DNA of 64,000 bases, taken from positions 1-64,000 of the IMG/VR virus record IMGVR_UViG_3300017742_000001, one strand, 5' to 3'. Under the pieces are notes generated by a model, which worked only from the letters and a program-made list of their open reading frames with translations, was not told the DNA's origin and made no database searches. This stretch comes from a virus. The translations under genes were made by a program, and so were the position numbers. Position 1 is the first letter of the stretch, and each line of letters opens with the position of its first letter. Positions 9,516 through 20,100 of this stretch are shown here, one piece after another.

Positions 9516-10688
9516 ATGTCACAATTATTAGAGTCACGCTGGTCGGAAACCAAAGACGCTCTTTTAGAAGGGTTAAATGGTAACAAGCGTTCTGTAATGG
9601 AGGCAACTCTCGAAAATACCCGTAAGTATTTGTCAGAGAGTGCTACAGCAGGCGCCACTTCCGCTGGCAACGTTGCAACACTAAATCGTGTGATCCTACC
9701 GGTGATCAGACGTGTAATGCCAACAGTCATTGCAAATGAACTTGTTGGTGTACAACCAATGACCGGCCCAGTTGGCCAAATCCACACATTACGTGTAAGA
9801 TATGCTGACGACTTCTCTTCTGCATCTGGTACAGGTGCTACAGCAGGAGAAGAGGCACTAAGCCCATTCAAGATTGCTGAAGGTTATTCAGGTAACGACG
9901 ATATTAAAGCAGGTTCAACTGCTTCATTAGAAGGCGCTGCAGGTAACAGACTTTCAATTCAAATCTTGAAACAAACTGTAGAAGCAAAAACTCGTAAGTT
10001 ATCAGCTCGCTGGACTTTTGAGGCTGCTCAAGATGCTCAAGCACAACAAGGTATTGATGTTGAAGCAGAAATTATGGCTGCGTTAGCGCAGGAAATTACT
10101 GCTGAGATCGACCAAGAAGTAATTACTTCTTTATCAACACTTGCTGGCACAGCAGCACTAACATACGACCAAGGCGCAGTATCAGGTACTGCTACTTTCG
10201 TTGGTGACGAACACGCAGCACTTGCTGTTCAAATCAACAGAGTTAGCAACTTGATTGCACAGCGTACACGTCGTGGTGCTGGTAACTGGGCTGTTGTATC
10301 ACCAACTGTATTAACATTATTACAGTCTGCTACAACTTCAGCATTTGCTAGAACTACAGAAGGTACATTTGAAGCACCAACAAACACTAAGTTTGTAGGA
10401 ACTTTAAACAGTGCTATGAAAGTATATGTAAACGGCTATGCTACATCAGACGATGTACTTGTTGGTTACAAAGGATCTTCAGAATCAGATGCGGCAGCGT
10501 TTTATTGCCCATACATTCCTTTAATGTCATCTGGTGTTGTACTTGATCCAGGTACTTTTGAGCCAGTAGTTTCGTTTATGACAAGATATGGTTATGTAGA
10601 GTTAACAAACACTGCATCATCTCTTGGTAATGCGGCTGACTACTTGGGTAAAGTTGCTGTAACATCAGCAAACTTACGTTTTGCGTAA
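9516..10688 (+). CDS. gp23: Major capsid protein (T4 gp23 family)
   Basis: VGVQPMTGPVGQI, VEAKTRKLSARWTFEAAQD, EITAEIDQE, FYCPYIPL, FMTRYG; start set to ATG 9516 after AAGGAG. Confidence 0.96.
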   Translation: MSQLLESRWSETKDALLEGLNGNKRSVMEATLENTRKYLSESATAGATSAGNVATLNRVILPVIRRVMPTVIANELVGVQPMTGPVGQIHTLRVRYADDFSSASGTGATAGEEALSPFKIAEGYSGNDDIKAGSTASLEGAAGNRLSIQILKQTVEAKTRKLSARWTFEAAQDAQAQQGIDVEAEIMAALAQEITAEIDQEVITSLSTLAGTAALTYDQGAVSGTATFVGDEHAALAVQINRVSNLIAQRTRRGAGNWAVVSPTVLTLLQSATTSAFARTTEGTFEAPTNTKFVGTLNSAMKVYVNGYATSDDVLVGYKGSSESDAAAFYCPYIPLMSSGVVLDPGTFEPVVSFMTRYGYVELTNTASSLGNAADYLGKVAVTSANLRFA

Positions 10689-10711
10689 GCCAATACTTTA
10701 GAGTATTTAGG

Positions 10712-10741
10712 AAGGGCGGACTTTATGTTCGCCCTTTTTTT
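10712..10741 (+). terminator. Intrinsic terminator after capsid gene
   Basis: AAGGGCGGAC-TTTAT-GTTCGCCCTT followed by a T run. Confidence 0.85.
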
Positions 10742-10772
10742 ATGACTTGATTTTCTAATAGTAAATAGCAGT

Positions 10773-11045
10773 ATGGAAAAGATAAAAACTTATGAAGATT
10801 TTCCTAAACTTAGAGAGCAACTTAAAAAGTGGCGGAAACGCTTTCCTATGTTTGCTCACGATGTTAAAGCCTTTGATGCTATGTTAGAAAAGCATATGAA
10901 AGAGCATATGGAATACTTTATTAAGTACAAACAATCAAGACGAGAAAGTTGTTTGATTAAAGCACAAGAAGAATTAGATCACATTAATCGCATAATCACT
11001 GCTATTAGTAAAGTTGAACTTATGGCTTTATTATCTAAAGGATAA
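10773..11045 (+). CDS. Hypothetical helical protein
   Basis: 90 aa ORF preceded by GTAAATAgcagtATG. Confidence 0.7.
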   Translation: MEKIKTYEDFPKLREQLKKWRKRFPMFAHDVKAFDAMLEKHMKEHMEYFIKYKQSRRESCLIKAQEELDHINRIITAISKVELMALLSKG

Positions 11046-11053
11046 ATACTTGT

Positions 11054-11124
11054 GTCAGATAGCGAGCCGCAAGGCGGACTTATGCTGCACCACAGCGTAG
11101 CTCATAGAACGGGCATAGGACTAC
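11054..11124 (+). ncRNA. Candidate structured 5' leader RNA
   Basis: GC-rich intergenic stretch with GCC-GCAA-GGC, TATGCTG-CACCA-CAGCGTA and GCTC-ATAGAAC-GGGC hairpins; starts 6 nt after TAAATA (11043-11048). Confidence 0.5.
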
Positions 11125-11143
11125 TTTTTATAGGAGAAAACAA

Positions 11144-11593
11144 ATGGGAAGACCACTAAACAAAAGATTGATGGGACAGCCTACAGCAAGCGGTTCTGAA
11201 ATCAAAGTAAACTTTCATAACGACACAGCAGTTAAAGAAGGTTATATCGTAAAGCAAAAAGGTTCAAAGAAATTTGTATGCGAAGAAATTGAAACAGCAG
11301 GCGAATATACTTGTGTACTAACAACTGGTAAATTGCCAGCAGCATTAGTAGCAGGCGAAATGTCTATTTCTTTTAAAATGGACGACAGTGAAACTTACAC
11401 AGTAAGTAAAATTGCTGGAAAGAAAGCAACACTATCAGCACCAAGTGCAACTGGTTCAAACGCATATGACGGTTTGACTGTTCCTTGGAACTTTGCAACT
11501 AGTACTTCAGATGGCGCGGCTCAGGTTGAAGAAGCAGGTGATGATAACACATTAACTGGTACTGATGACGACGACTTCACAGAAGACGCTTAA
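11144..11593 (+). CDS. Putative virion structural protein
   Basis: 149 aa, AGGAG RBS, GYIVKQKGSKKF motif. Confidence 0.7.
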   Translation: MGRPLNKRLMGQPTASGSEIKVNFHNDTAVKEGYIVKQKGSKKFVCEEIETAGEYTCVLTTGKLPAALVAGEMSISFKMDDSETYTVSKIAGKKATLSAPSATGSNAYDGLTVPWNFATSTSDGAAQVEEAGDDNTLTGTDDDDFTEDA

Positions 11594-11605
11594 GGATAAC
11601 TGAGA

Positions 11606-11968
11606 ATGGAACCACCAATTAATGTATTTTGGGATTTCTTAAAAAATCTAAAAGACTTGGTTGTTTCAGTTAAAATTGAAAGTGCTAAGACGTGCAATAA
11701 CGGTAGCGTCTTAGCACAACTTTCAAACTCAGAGTTTAAGGTAGAAGATAAAGAAGGCAATGTAGGCATTTGTAAACTTGTTCAAAAAGAAACAAGTGAA
11801 TTAGAAGATAATGAAATGTCATTATCTGCACTAATTTTAGATTCAGGTGCTTGGATTTTTATAAAAGAAATTGTTGATAATGTAATGAAAGATTTTAAAG
11901 ATAGATACTATAATTGGGAAGTTGACAATGATTCGTCTCAACTGTTAGTATTACTAAAGGGAATATAG
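11606..11968 (+). CDS. Hypothetical protein, distant paralogue of 11144..11593
   Basis: Shared pattern Q..s..F...d..G....C.L.......L...EMS. Confidence 0.6.
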   Translation: MEPPINVFWDFLKNLKDLVVSVKIESAKTCNNGSVLAQLSNSEFKVEDKEGNVGICKLVQKETSELEDNEMSLSALILDSGAWIFIKEIVDNVMKDFKDRYYNWEVDNDSSQLLVLLKGI

Positions 11969-12940
11969 ATGGCACAGTTTCTACAAACTAACGGTGATTA
12001 CACCATTAAAACATACGAAGGCGGTATCATTACTTTAGATACAGGACCAAGAATTGGTCAAATTAAAGTAACTGGTAACCTTGTTGTTGAAGGTGATACA
12101 CTTACAGTTAGTGCAGAAAACTTAGATGTACAAGATAACATCATCAGATTAAACGTTGGTGAGACAGGTGCAGGTGTATCATTAAGATATTCAGGTTTAG
12201 AAATTGATAGAGGTACATCAAACCCTGTATCATTTTTCTATGATGAAAACGATGACAGTTTTAATATTGCAGTAGGTACAGTTGAAGGCGGTTCAGTAAA
12301 CTATTCTACTGCTGCATTAAGACTAAGAAAAATTTTAACTGACTCAGATACTGATGCAGGAGACTTAACACTAATCGGAACAGGAAGTGGTGTTGTAAAA
12401 GTTGAAGGCACTACTAATTACGAACAACAAATTACTGACGATGATGATATTCCAAACAAAAAATATGTAGATGATTCAATTAGAGATAATCCAACATTCC
12501 AAATTATTGATGATAACTCAAGAGTTATTATTAGTGAAAAAAATGTTGTTGGCTCGCTACAATATTTAGAAGATGAAACTGGTTACAGTACATTTGGAGA
12601 AAGTGGAGTATCGGTTTTAGTTGACGGTATTCTAAATACACAATTTTTTACAAATAGAACAGTTATTCAAGATATTGAAATCTTAGGAAATGAGATCACA
12701 AACAATGATACAAACGCAAACGTGTATGTTAAAACACAAGGAACAGGTAAATTACAAACTAACTATGCAGTTGAACTAGAAGAAATTTCTGTTTCGCCTG
12801 CCTTTGTAAACGGCTCAACTATTATACACGCTGCTACTCCAGGTATTGGTGGATCAGGTGTTGTGTTTGTAGGATCCAACGGTGTAAGTGACGAATTGAT
12901 AAGTAAAAACAAAGCATTACTTTTAAGTATGCTATTTTAG
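11969..12940 (+). CDS. Virion structural protein (fibre/baseplate-like)
   Basis: VTGNLVVEGDT, DNIIRLN, GLEIDRG, IPNKKYVD fibre-type motifs. Confidence 0.7.
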   Translation: MAQFLQTNGDYTIKTYEGGIITLDTGPRIGQIKVTGNLVVEGDTLTVSAENLDVQDNIIRLNVGETGAGVSLRYSGLEIDRGTSNPVSFFYDENDDSFNIAVGTVEGGSVNYSTAALRLRKILTDSDTDAGDLTLIGTGSGVVKVEGTTNYEQQITDDDDIPNKKYVDDSIRDNPTFQIIDDNSRVIISEKNVVGSLQYLEDETGYSTFGESGVSVLVDGILNTQFFTNRTVIQDIEILGNEITNNDTNANVYVKTQGTGKLQTNYAVELEEISVSPAFVNGSTIIHAATPGIGGSGVVFVGSNGVSDELISKNKALLLSMLF

Positions 12941-12949
12941 GACAAAGAA

Positions 12950-13327
12950 ATGATAAACAATGCAATAAGTACATCAACAGACGTAACAGTTCCAGTAAAA
13001 GTATTTACAAGTACTAATACAGGTGCTCCAATTGGAGGCTCAGTTTCAGGACAGCGTAATGCTATTACTACAATGTCGTTATGTAATACAGGTACACTTG
13101 ATATTACTGACGAATCAGTTAATACAGTTGTTGCAACTATTCATATTGTTCCTAACGGTGATTCACCGGGTGCTGCAAATACTGTTGTAAGTAGAGTAAC
13201 AGTACCAGCAGGAGAAACAGTATTTTTTAGTGATGAAAAATTTGTTTTAGATGCAGGGGACGAAGTTTGGGTAGCAACTAGTAGTGCAAGTTTACTTGCT
13301 GTAACAATTAGTACGTTACCTGTATAA
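12950..13327 (+). CDS. Small beta-sandwich structural protein
   Basis: LCN...VPAGETV pattern shared with 16454 and 30314. Confidence 0.65.
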   Translation: MINNAISTSTDVTVPVKVFTSTNTGAPIGGSVSGQRNAITTMSLCNTGTLDITDESVNTVVATIHIVPNGDSPGAANTVVSRVTVPAGETVFFSDEKFVLDAGDEVWVATSSASLLAVTISTLPV

Positions 13328-13336
13328 GGATAGATA

Positions 13337-13864
13337 ATGAAGTTTTTAAAAGCACAAAACACATCGAGATATAGTCCAAGTGATAACACAATTAGTGTTA
13401 ACCCGTACGGACGAGTCGTGATGGATTCAAATGGCGCTTTACTAATGCCTAAAGGCACAACTGCACAAAGACCTCAAGTGTCTGGTGTAAGACAACCTAC
13501 TGATGCTAATGGTTCTATTCGTTATAATACAGACACAAACGAAATAGAAGGATATGTTGGAAACAACTGGGAAACAATTAGAGCAGCAGGCGCAAGTGCA
13601 ATTAGTGTTGAATCTTTTGGCCCTGGCGATGCTGTCGAAACAGTATTTGGTACTTTAGCAAATATTCCTGCAAGCGCAAACAATATTATTGTACTTGTAG
13701 AAAACGTAATGCAGATTCCTACAACTAACTTTACACTTGAACAAAGTGCAAGCGGAAGTTTATCAGGACCTGGTGCACCATATGCAGATGGATGGTATCT
13801 AAAATTTACTAGCCCAGTACCTTACAGTAAAAATATTACAGTATTTTTTGGATTTGCAAACTAA
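13337..13864 (+). CDS. Virion structural protein
   Basis: PKGTTAQRP...GSIRYNTDTNEIEGY...W fibre motif; VLVENVMQIP. Confidence 0.7.
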   Translation: MKFLKAQNTSRYSPSDNTISVNPYGRVVMDSNGALLMPKGTTAQRPQVSGVRQPTDANGSIRYNTDTNEIEGYVGNNWETIRAAGASAISVESFGPGDAVETVFGTLANIPASANNIIVLVENVMQIPTTNFTLEQSASGSLSGPGAPYADGWYLKFTSPVPYSKNITVFFGFAN

Positions 13865-13874
13865 GGAGAAGTAA

Positions 13875-15266
13875 ATGGCTCAATTAGGGCGAATTGGCGG
13901 ACACTTACTAGACTCTACTCTTACAAGAGAAGGGGTTGACCTTGCATTTAAAAATACTACATTTGACGCAACTCCTATTTTACAACTTGATGTTGAAAAT
14001 GGTCTTGTAGGTATTAAGACTGATGCACCACTATATGAATTAGACATAAGAACAGATGTAAAAACTACTAATTCATCTGTAACACAATTTGCAAAAATAG
14101 ACGGCGTTACTGTAAACGCAGATCAAGCAAAGTTTTCTACAATAAACGGACCACTTACTATTATGCTAGATGGTGGTATGGGTACTATTGTAATGGAACG
14201 TATGCGTACAGATGATTTACAATTTACAGATAATGTCATTAGTAGTAACAATTCATCTACAGCAGTAGAAATTAGAGCAAACGGATCAGGTATACTTGAT
14301 GTACAGTCTGCAGGTAACTTTATAGGCGACCTAACTGTAACAGGAAGTGTTAATGTAGACGGCGATCTTACAAAATATTCAAATATAATTTTAGGTGATG
14401 AACTTTATAATCCAGATACTCCCGGCGGAGATACAATTGAAATTATCCCAGACTTTTCACAAAGTATTATTCCAGGTGACGACAATAGTTATGATTTTGG
14501 TACCGGTAATATTGTTGACAGTACTGTAAGAAGATGGAACAGTATGCACACACCAGACTTAACAAACGTAGGTACAAATAGACCTAACGCAGTTAAAGTT
14601 AGTGACCAGATGTGGTTAAATGGAGTCACTAACCAATTGTTTGGTTTACAATCCGATGACGATTTTTTACTTTCACCTGATACAGGATTGACACATATCG
14701 AAGGATATGATATTACAGGTAATGACTTTACAAATATGTCAAATACTGAACCTGTAAAACTACGTAACACAGGTATTGGTTATGTAAGATTTATGGGTAC
14801 AAATGCATTTAAGATTCCAGCAGGTGACAATAGCACTAGACCTAGTGTGCCAGAAATTGGCGATACAAGATGGAATACAGACGGACAGCGTTTAGAGTGT
14901 TTTGCCGGACAAGTTGAAGCAGTTACCGTAGTAAGTAGTAATATTGCAGGTTTAATTGATCAAATTGTTAACAGTGGAACTACATCTACAAATGGTGCAG
15001 GCACTGATTTTGAATGTAGATTTTCAATTTTATCAGGTGTCATAACTTTAGAAATTACCAATCAGGGTATCGGCTATATTGCTGGTAATTCCATTAGTAT
15101 TTCAGGAGCAGTTTTCCTTGGAGGCGCAGATGGCGTCAACGATATTACCCTTACAGTAGGCACTCAAACTACTGCAGGATATAGAGTAGCAACAGGTGGC
15201 GGCGCTGAAGTAGACATAAGTCTAATGGAAGATTTAGGTAACGAATACAGCCTTATACTAGGCTAA
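13875..15266 (+). CDS. Virion structural (fibre-like) protein
   Basis: GRIGGHLL N-terminus shared with 15382; IPAGDNSTRP...GDTRWNT motif. Confidence 0.7.
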   Translation: MAQLGRIGGHLLDSTLTREGVDLAFKNTTFDATPILQLDVENGLVGIKTDAPLYELDIRTDVKTTNSSVTQFAKIDGVTVNADQAKFSTINGPLTIMLDGGMGTIVMERMRTDDLQFTDNVISSNNSSTAVEIRANGSGILDVQSAGNFIGDLTVTGSVNVDGDLTKYSNIILGDELYNPDTPGGDTIEIIPDFSQSIIPGDDNSYDFGTGNIVDSTVRRWNSMHTPDLTNVGTNRPNAVKVSDQMWLNGVTNQLFGLQSDDDFLLSPDTGLTHIEGYDITGNDFTNMSNTEPVKLRNTGIGYVRFMGTNAFKIPAGDNSTRPSVPEIGDTRWNTDGQRLECFAGQVEAVTVVSSNIAGLIDQIVNSGTTSTNGAGTDFECRFSILSGVITLEITNQGIGYIAGNSISISGAVFLGGADGVNDITLTVGTQTTAGYRVATGGGAEVDISLMEDLGNEYSLILG

Positions 15267-15291
15267 ATTTTCCTTTTGGCTAAATACTATT

Positions 15292-15365
15292 GTTAACGAA
15301 GACCAACGTTAACCTTTTACTGTGGTCAACTCGCAATGTAATGTAGTTGGTGGGACAGGATCCCC
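15292..15365 (+). ncRNA. Candidate pseudoknotted 5' leader RNA
   Basis: GTTAACG-AAGACCAA-CGTTAAC hairpin with loop GACCA complementary to TGGTC (15323-15327); CAACT/AGTTG and GGGA/TCCC stems; starts 6 nt after TAAATA (15281-15286). Confidence 0.5.
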
Positions 15366-15381
15366 GTGTTAAGGAGAGCAA

Positions 15382-16449
15382 ATGGCAATAGGTCGTATAA
15401 GTGGGCCGCTCTTGAAAGCAAATCTGGTTAGAGATAACGTAGATTTATCTTTCAGAAATGGAGCAACAGACCCTGATATTTTGTATATTGATGTAAACAA
15501 TGCTCGCATTGGTGTCAACAACTCATCTCCGCAAACTGACTTAGATGTTAGTGGAACAACACGTACAACAACACTTAGAGTAGACAATCAACTAGATATC
15601 GGTAATTTACACATTACTGGTAATACTATTTCAAGTGATCTTAATACAATTAATTTTGCGCCGTCAGGCGATGATCCTGTTGTTTATAACAGTAAACTAC
15701 AAGTAGATGACTTTGAAATTTCAGGCAATACTATCCAAACTATTGTATCTAATTCTAATGTAGAAATTAGACCAAACGGAGCAGGTATACTTGAAGTACA
15801 TTCAAACACATTAATTAACGGAGACGTAGACATCACTGGTAATTTATCAGTAGACGGTGATGTAACTATTGCAGGTAATATAGTATTTGGTGATTCAATT
15901 ACTGATTCGATTACTATTAATGCTGCAATTAAAAGTAATTTAATTCCAGAACAAGATGTTACATTTGATTTAGGTAGTCCTTCATTTAGATGGAGATCAA
16001 TGTACGTTAATGATGTGTATGCAGATACACTAAATGTTCCTACATTAGACGTAGGAAATTTAATGTTTCGCGATAATGAGATAACTACTACTACAGGATT
16101 AGACTTACACATTGACGGTAATGGAGCCGGCGGTGTAAGATTAGGTAATATTAAAATAACTGACAATGTTATTGAAAACGTTTCTAATAACGCAATTACA
16201 CAGTTTTTGCAAACAGGAACAGGTTATTTTAAAATTGATACAAACAACGGCTTTGTTCCTCCAAGAGGTACAAATGCTGAAAGACCAACTGCATACGCAG
16301 TACTTGGAATGACAAGATACAATACTAATTCTAAATCATTAGAGATTTGGGATGGTACTGCTTGGAGTTCACCAGCAGGTGCTTCAGGTGCTGTATCAGA
16401 AATTGTAGCAAATGATATTGCAGCATCGTTTGCATTAATGTTAGGATAA
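15382..16449 (+). CDS. Virion structural (fibre-like) protein, paralogue of 13875
   Basis: GRISGPLLKANL, RIGVNNSSP, PRGTNAERP...GMTRYNT. Confidence 0.72.
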   Translation: MAIGRISGPLLKANLVRDNVDLSFRNGATDPDILYIDVNNARIGVNNSSPQTDLDVSGTTRTTTLRVDNQLDIGNLHITGNTISSDLNTINFAPSGDDPVVYNSKLQVDDFEISGNTIQTIVSNSNVEIRPNGAGILEVHSNTLINGDVDITGNLSVDGDVTIAGNIVFGDSITDSITINAAIKSNLIPEQDVTFDLGSPSFRWRSMYVNDVYADTLNVPTLDVGNLMFRDNEITTTTGLDLHIDGNGAGGVRLGNIKITDNVIENVSNNAITQFLQTGTGYFKIDTNNGFVPPRGTNAERPTAYAVLGMTRYNTNSKSLEIWDGTAWSSPAGASGAVSEIVANDIAASFALMLG

Positions 16450-16453
16450 AAAT

Positions 16454-16786
16454 ATGCCAACAGTATTTAAAAACGCAGTAATAAACAACGTAGGCACAGA
16501 ACCAGTAGATGTGTTGCAAATTCCAGAAGGAGTTAGAGCAACTGTTGTAGGATGTAATTTAGCGAATACATCGGATTACGATACTGTTGTTGTTAATGTC
16601 TATGTTATTGATGAGAATTCTACGCAAGGTAATTATGTACGATCAGTACCTATACCTCCAGCGTCGAGTGCAAAGGTTGTGACGCAAGGCGAAAGATTAA
16701 TTTTGCCAGCCACAGCAGGTTTAAGAATAGAGTCCGACACTGAGGACAGTGTCGATGTAGTAATAAGTTACGTAGAGATATCGTAG
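16454..16786 (+). CDS. Small beta-sandwich structural protein
   Basis: FKNA...VVGCNLAN...SVDVVISYVEI. Confidence 0.68.
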   Translation: MPTVFKNAVINNVGTEPVDVLQIPEGVRATVVGCNLANTSDYDTVVVNVYVIDENSTQGNYVRSVPIPPASSAKVVTQGERLILPATAGLRIESDTEDSVDVVISYVEIS

Positions 16787-16795
16787 GAGAAGATT

Positions 16796-17164
16796 ATGCC
16801 GAGCCCATATTATTTTGGACAATCACCAGATGAATCATTAGGCGATAGCCCTAGATATTTTTATGCTATCAGAAGAAACGCAGACGGCGAACTGTTTTTA
16901 TTAAGAAGCGATCAATTGAAAGATAAAGACTCAATTGATATCAACTTGCCTGGACCGCCTGAGCAAACATTTGAAGACTTTGAACCAGGGATTGATTATT
17001 TTGAAGGGATTGCTGATGACCACGAGCCGAACTTTGCAAATATGAAATACCCGCAGTACAAATGGGATCAAAGAAGTATATTATATTACGTGGACGATGA
17101 AGGTATGTTAGTGCAAAGAGTAAACCAGGATTACACTTTCCCTGCAAATCTTTCAGGCGATTAG
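16796..17164 (+). CDS. Hypothetical structural protein
   Basis: 122 aa, AGGAG RBS, YYVDDEGMLVQRVN. Confidence 0.68.
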   Translation: MPSPYYFGQSPDESLGDSPRYFYAIRRNADGELFLLRSDQLKDKDSIDINLPGPPEQTFEDFEPGIDYFEGIADDHEPNFANMKYPQYKWDQRSILYYVDDEGMLVQRVNQDYTFPANLSGD

Positions 17165-17173
17165 GAATAAGTT

Positions 17174-20100
17174 ATGGCAGAGTTTAAAATAAGTAGAATT
17201 AGGTATACGTGGAAAAACACGTGGCAAGGTGCAACACAATACAATAAAGATGATATTGTATCTTACAATGGTAGTTCATACATTGCTATCAGAGCGCACA
17301 CGTCAAGTCCATCGTTTAACACAGATCAAATCTTTACACCACCGGGTGAAACACTACCAACTCCGGCGTGGATTGCACATACACAAGGTCAAAACTGGCG
17401 CAGTGACTGGGCAGCAACTACAGATTATTATCCAGGCGATATCGTAAGATATGGTGGATACTTATGGATCAACACTACTGCTTATACTTCAACTAGCGAT
17501 TTCGATACTAATATTTCTAATTGGGCAATCTATGCAACAACAATTGATTGGGACGGTGCTTGGGCTGCAGGTACAAAGTACGGTATTGGCGATTTAGTCA
17601 AATATGGTCCAACAGTATACAAATGTATTACTGGACACACAGCAGCAGCCACTGCAACAGATGGTTTAGAACTTGATCAAGCAAAATGGGCAGTGTACTC
17701 ACAACTTAAAGGATATGTTGGCGACTGGGTAGACGGTTACAGATACAAATATAACGAACTAGTAAGTTACGGTGGTAGTTTACTACGTGTAACTGTTGGT
17801 CATACTGCAACAACAAACTTAGTAGATTCATACTTTGCATTAGACGTACCAGGCGGCACATCAAAAGGCACTTGGGTACTAGAAGATTATTATGCAATCG
17901 GCGATGTTGTTATGCACGGTGGTTACGTTTACCAAGCATTAACAAATCATATTGGACAAGTACCAAGCGATTCAATTTATCAAACAGGTGACAATACAAT
18001 TCACTGGGCTATTATTTCAAAAGGAAAAAGATTAGTTGGTGACTGGACTGCAAACAACACATACAAAAGTGGTGATGTTGTAAGACGTGGCGGTTATACA
18101 TATGTTGCATTATTAGACACAACATCAGATGGCAGTTCATTAGATTATTTAGATGCAGGTAACTGGGAAATTGTTGTTACAGGACAATCATTTAAAAATG
18201 CTTGGACAGAAACTGTAACATATGCAGTTGGAGATGTTGTTACTTACAAAGGTAGTGCATATAAATGTAACTTTGAACACGTAGCATCAAATGTAGATGG
18301 CGCACAAAACTTTCCAGGAGATAACGGCGAAGGTTATGAATATTGGGATACATTATTAGAAGGTTCGAGTCAAGCAGGATTAGTTAATCCTGGTGATTTA
18401 CTATCGTTTGGTCTTGCTAGATCAAATGTTGGAGACGGGTCTACTTTAGGCTCAACTAATATTCCAAAAGGTACTGAAGGTAATATCTTAACTGTACAAA
18501 ATGATGATACAGCAACTTACGAACAGTATGGAAAAATAGCAAAAATTATTCACGTTGATCCTATTAAAGGTATTGACGATACTGTCGATCCAGATGCAGG
18601 TATTGATATTCAAAAACCTGTTAAAACAATTAGATTTGCATTAGAAATTGCAGACGACGGTGAAGACAATAACAAAACTGTTCAACTATCAACAGGTAAG
18701 TTTGAAGAGATTTTACCACTTATTGTTCCTAAGAAAACAGTTGTATTAGGTGACGAACTTCGTTCAAGTTTAGTAAGACCAGCAACAGCATCCTTAACAA
18801 GTGCTGATACTCCATTTAAAGATCTTATAATTACACGTCTGAAACAAGTTGTTAGACAGATGATATTAAATCAAACTGTTACTAAAACTGCAGGCAACGC
18901 TTTAAGCCAAGTATTTGTTGTTGATAGAGAAATATCAGGCGGCGGTGTTGGTGTTGAAGGAGAAATTATTACTGACACACCAATTTTTGGTACGACAGCA
19001 ACAGCAGATAGAGTTGATGCAGTACTAAATGATTTTATTGCATATTACACATATGCAGTTGCGGGAACAGGTGATGCACCTGCTAAGTACGGTGAAAATA
19101 ATGCATCAACTGACGAAGCAATTATAAATTCAAGAAGAGTTTTAGAAGCAAACAAGTTATTCCTTTCAGCAGAAGTCCGAGCATATATGGCAGCAATTTA
19201 TCCTGAATATGTACAGCCAAGCGATTTAGGTTACGACATTGAAAGATACGTAATTGCTATTAATTGGGACCTACTATATGTTTCTAATTACAAAACACAA
19301 CTAGAAGCAGTTTACTACTCAAACAAAATTAACGGAAGTGCATTAACTGATATGTTCCGTGTTAGAGATACTTGTGGTGTTAGAAACTTATCTATCAAAG
19401 GTTTAACTGGTTCACTTAATCCGCCAAACGTTTTTGAACAGTATCAAAGACCTACTGGTCCATCTTGTATATCACTTGATCCAGGTTGGGGACCAGCACA
19501 CGAAGAATGTTGGATCTTTAATAGATCACCTTACATTCAAAACGTAACTAACCAAGGCGATAACTGTACAGGACAGAAAATTGATGGATCACTACACAAT
19601 GGCGGTAACAAATCTATTGTATCAAATGACTTTACACAAGTACTAAGTGATGGTATTGGTGCTCACGTTCTTAATAACGGTAGAGCAGAACTTGTATCAG
19701 TGTTTACATATTATTGTCAAGTAGGATATCTTGCAGAAAACGGCGGAGTTATTAGAGCAACTAATGGTAACAACTCATACGGATTTATCGGTGCATTAGC
19801 AGACGGAACAGATCCAACGGAAGTTCCTATACTTGCAAAGATTGATACACAAAGTAACCAAGCATCTGTACAACGTGCATTTGCTGGAGAAGTTAATGAC
19901 GAAATTTTAGCAATTGAATTTTTACACTGTGGACAAAATTATACATCAGCAGATTATACATTTATTGGTTCAGGTGCAGATGTAGAAGTTAAACAAGAAG
20001 AATATAGAGACGATGCTTTATTTGAAGCAAGAATTGTTACAGGCGAGGCATCAGCAGCAGCAGGTGGCGGCGGATTTACACTTATTGGTAACAACGCACA

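Noticed and set aside
11054-11124. tRNA gene
   Set aside because: Cloverleaf-like but lacks a 7-bp acceptor stem, TTC loop and canonical anticodon arm; kept only as a structured leader
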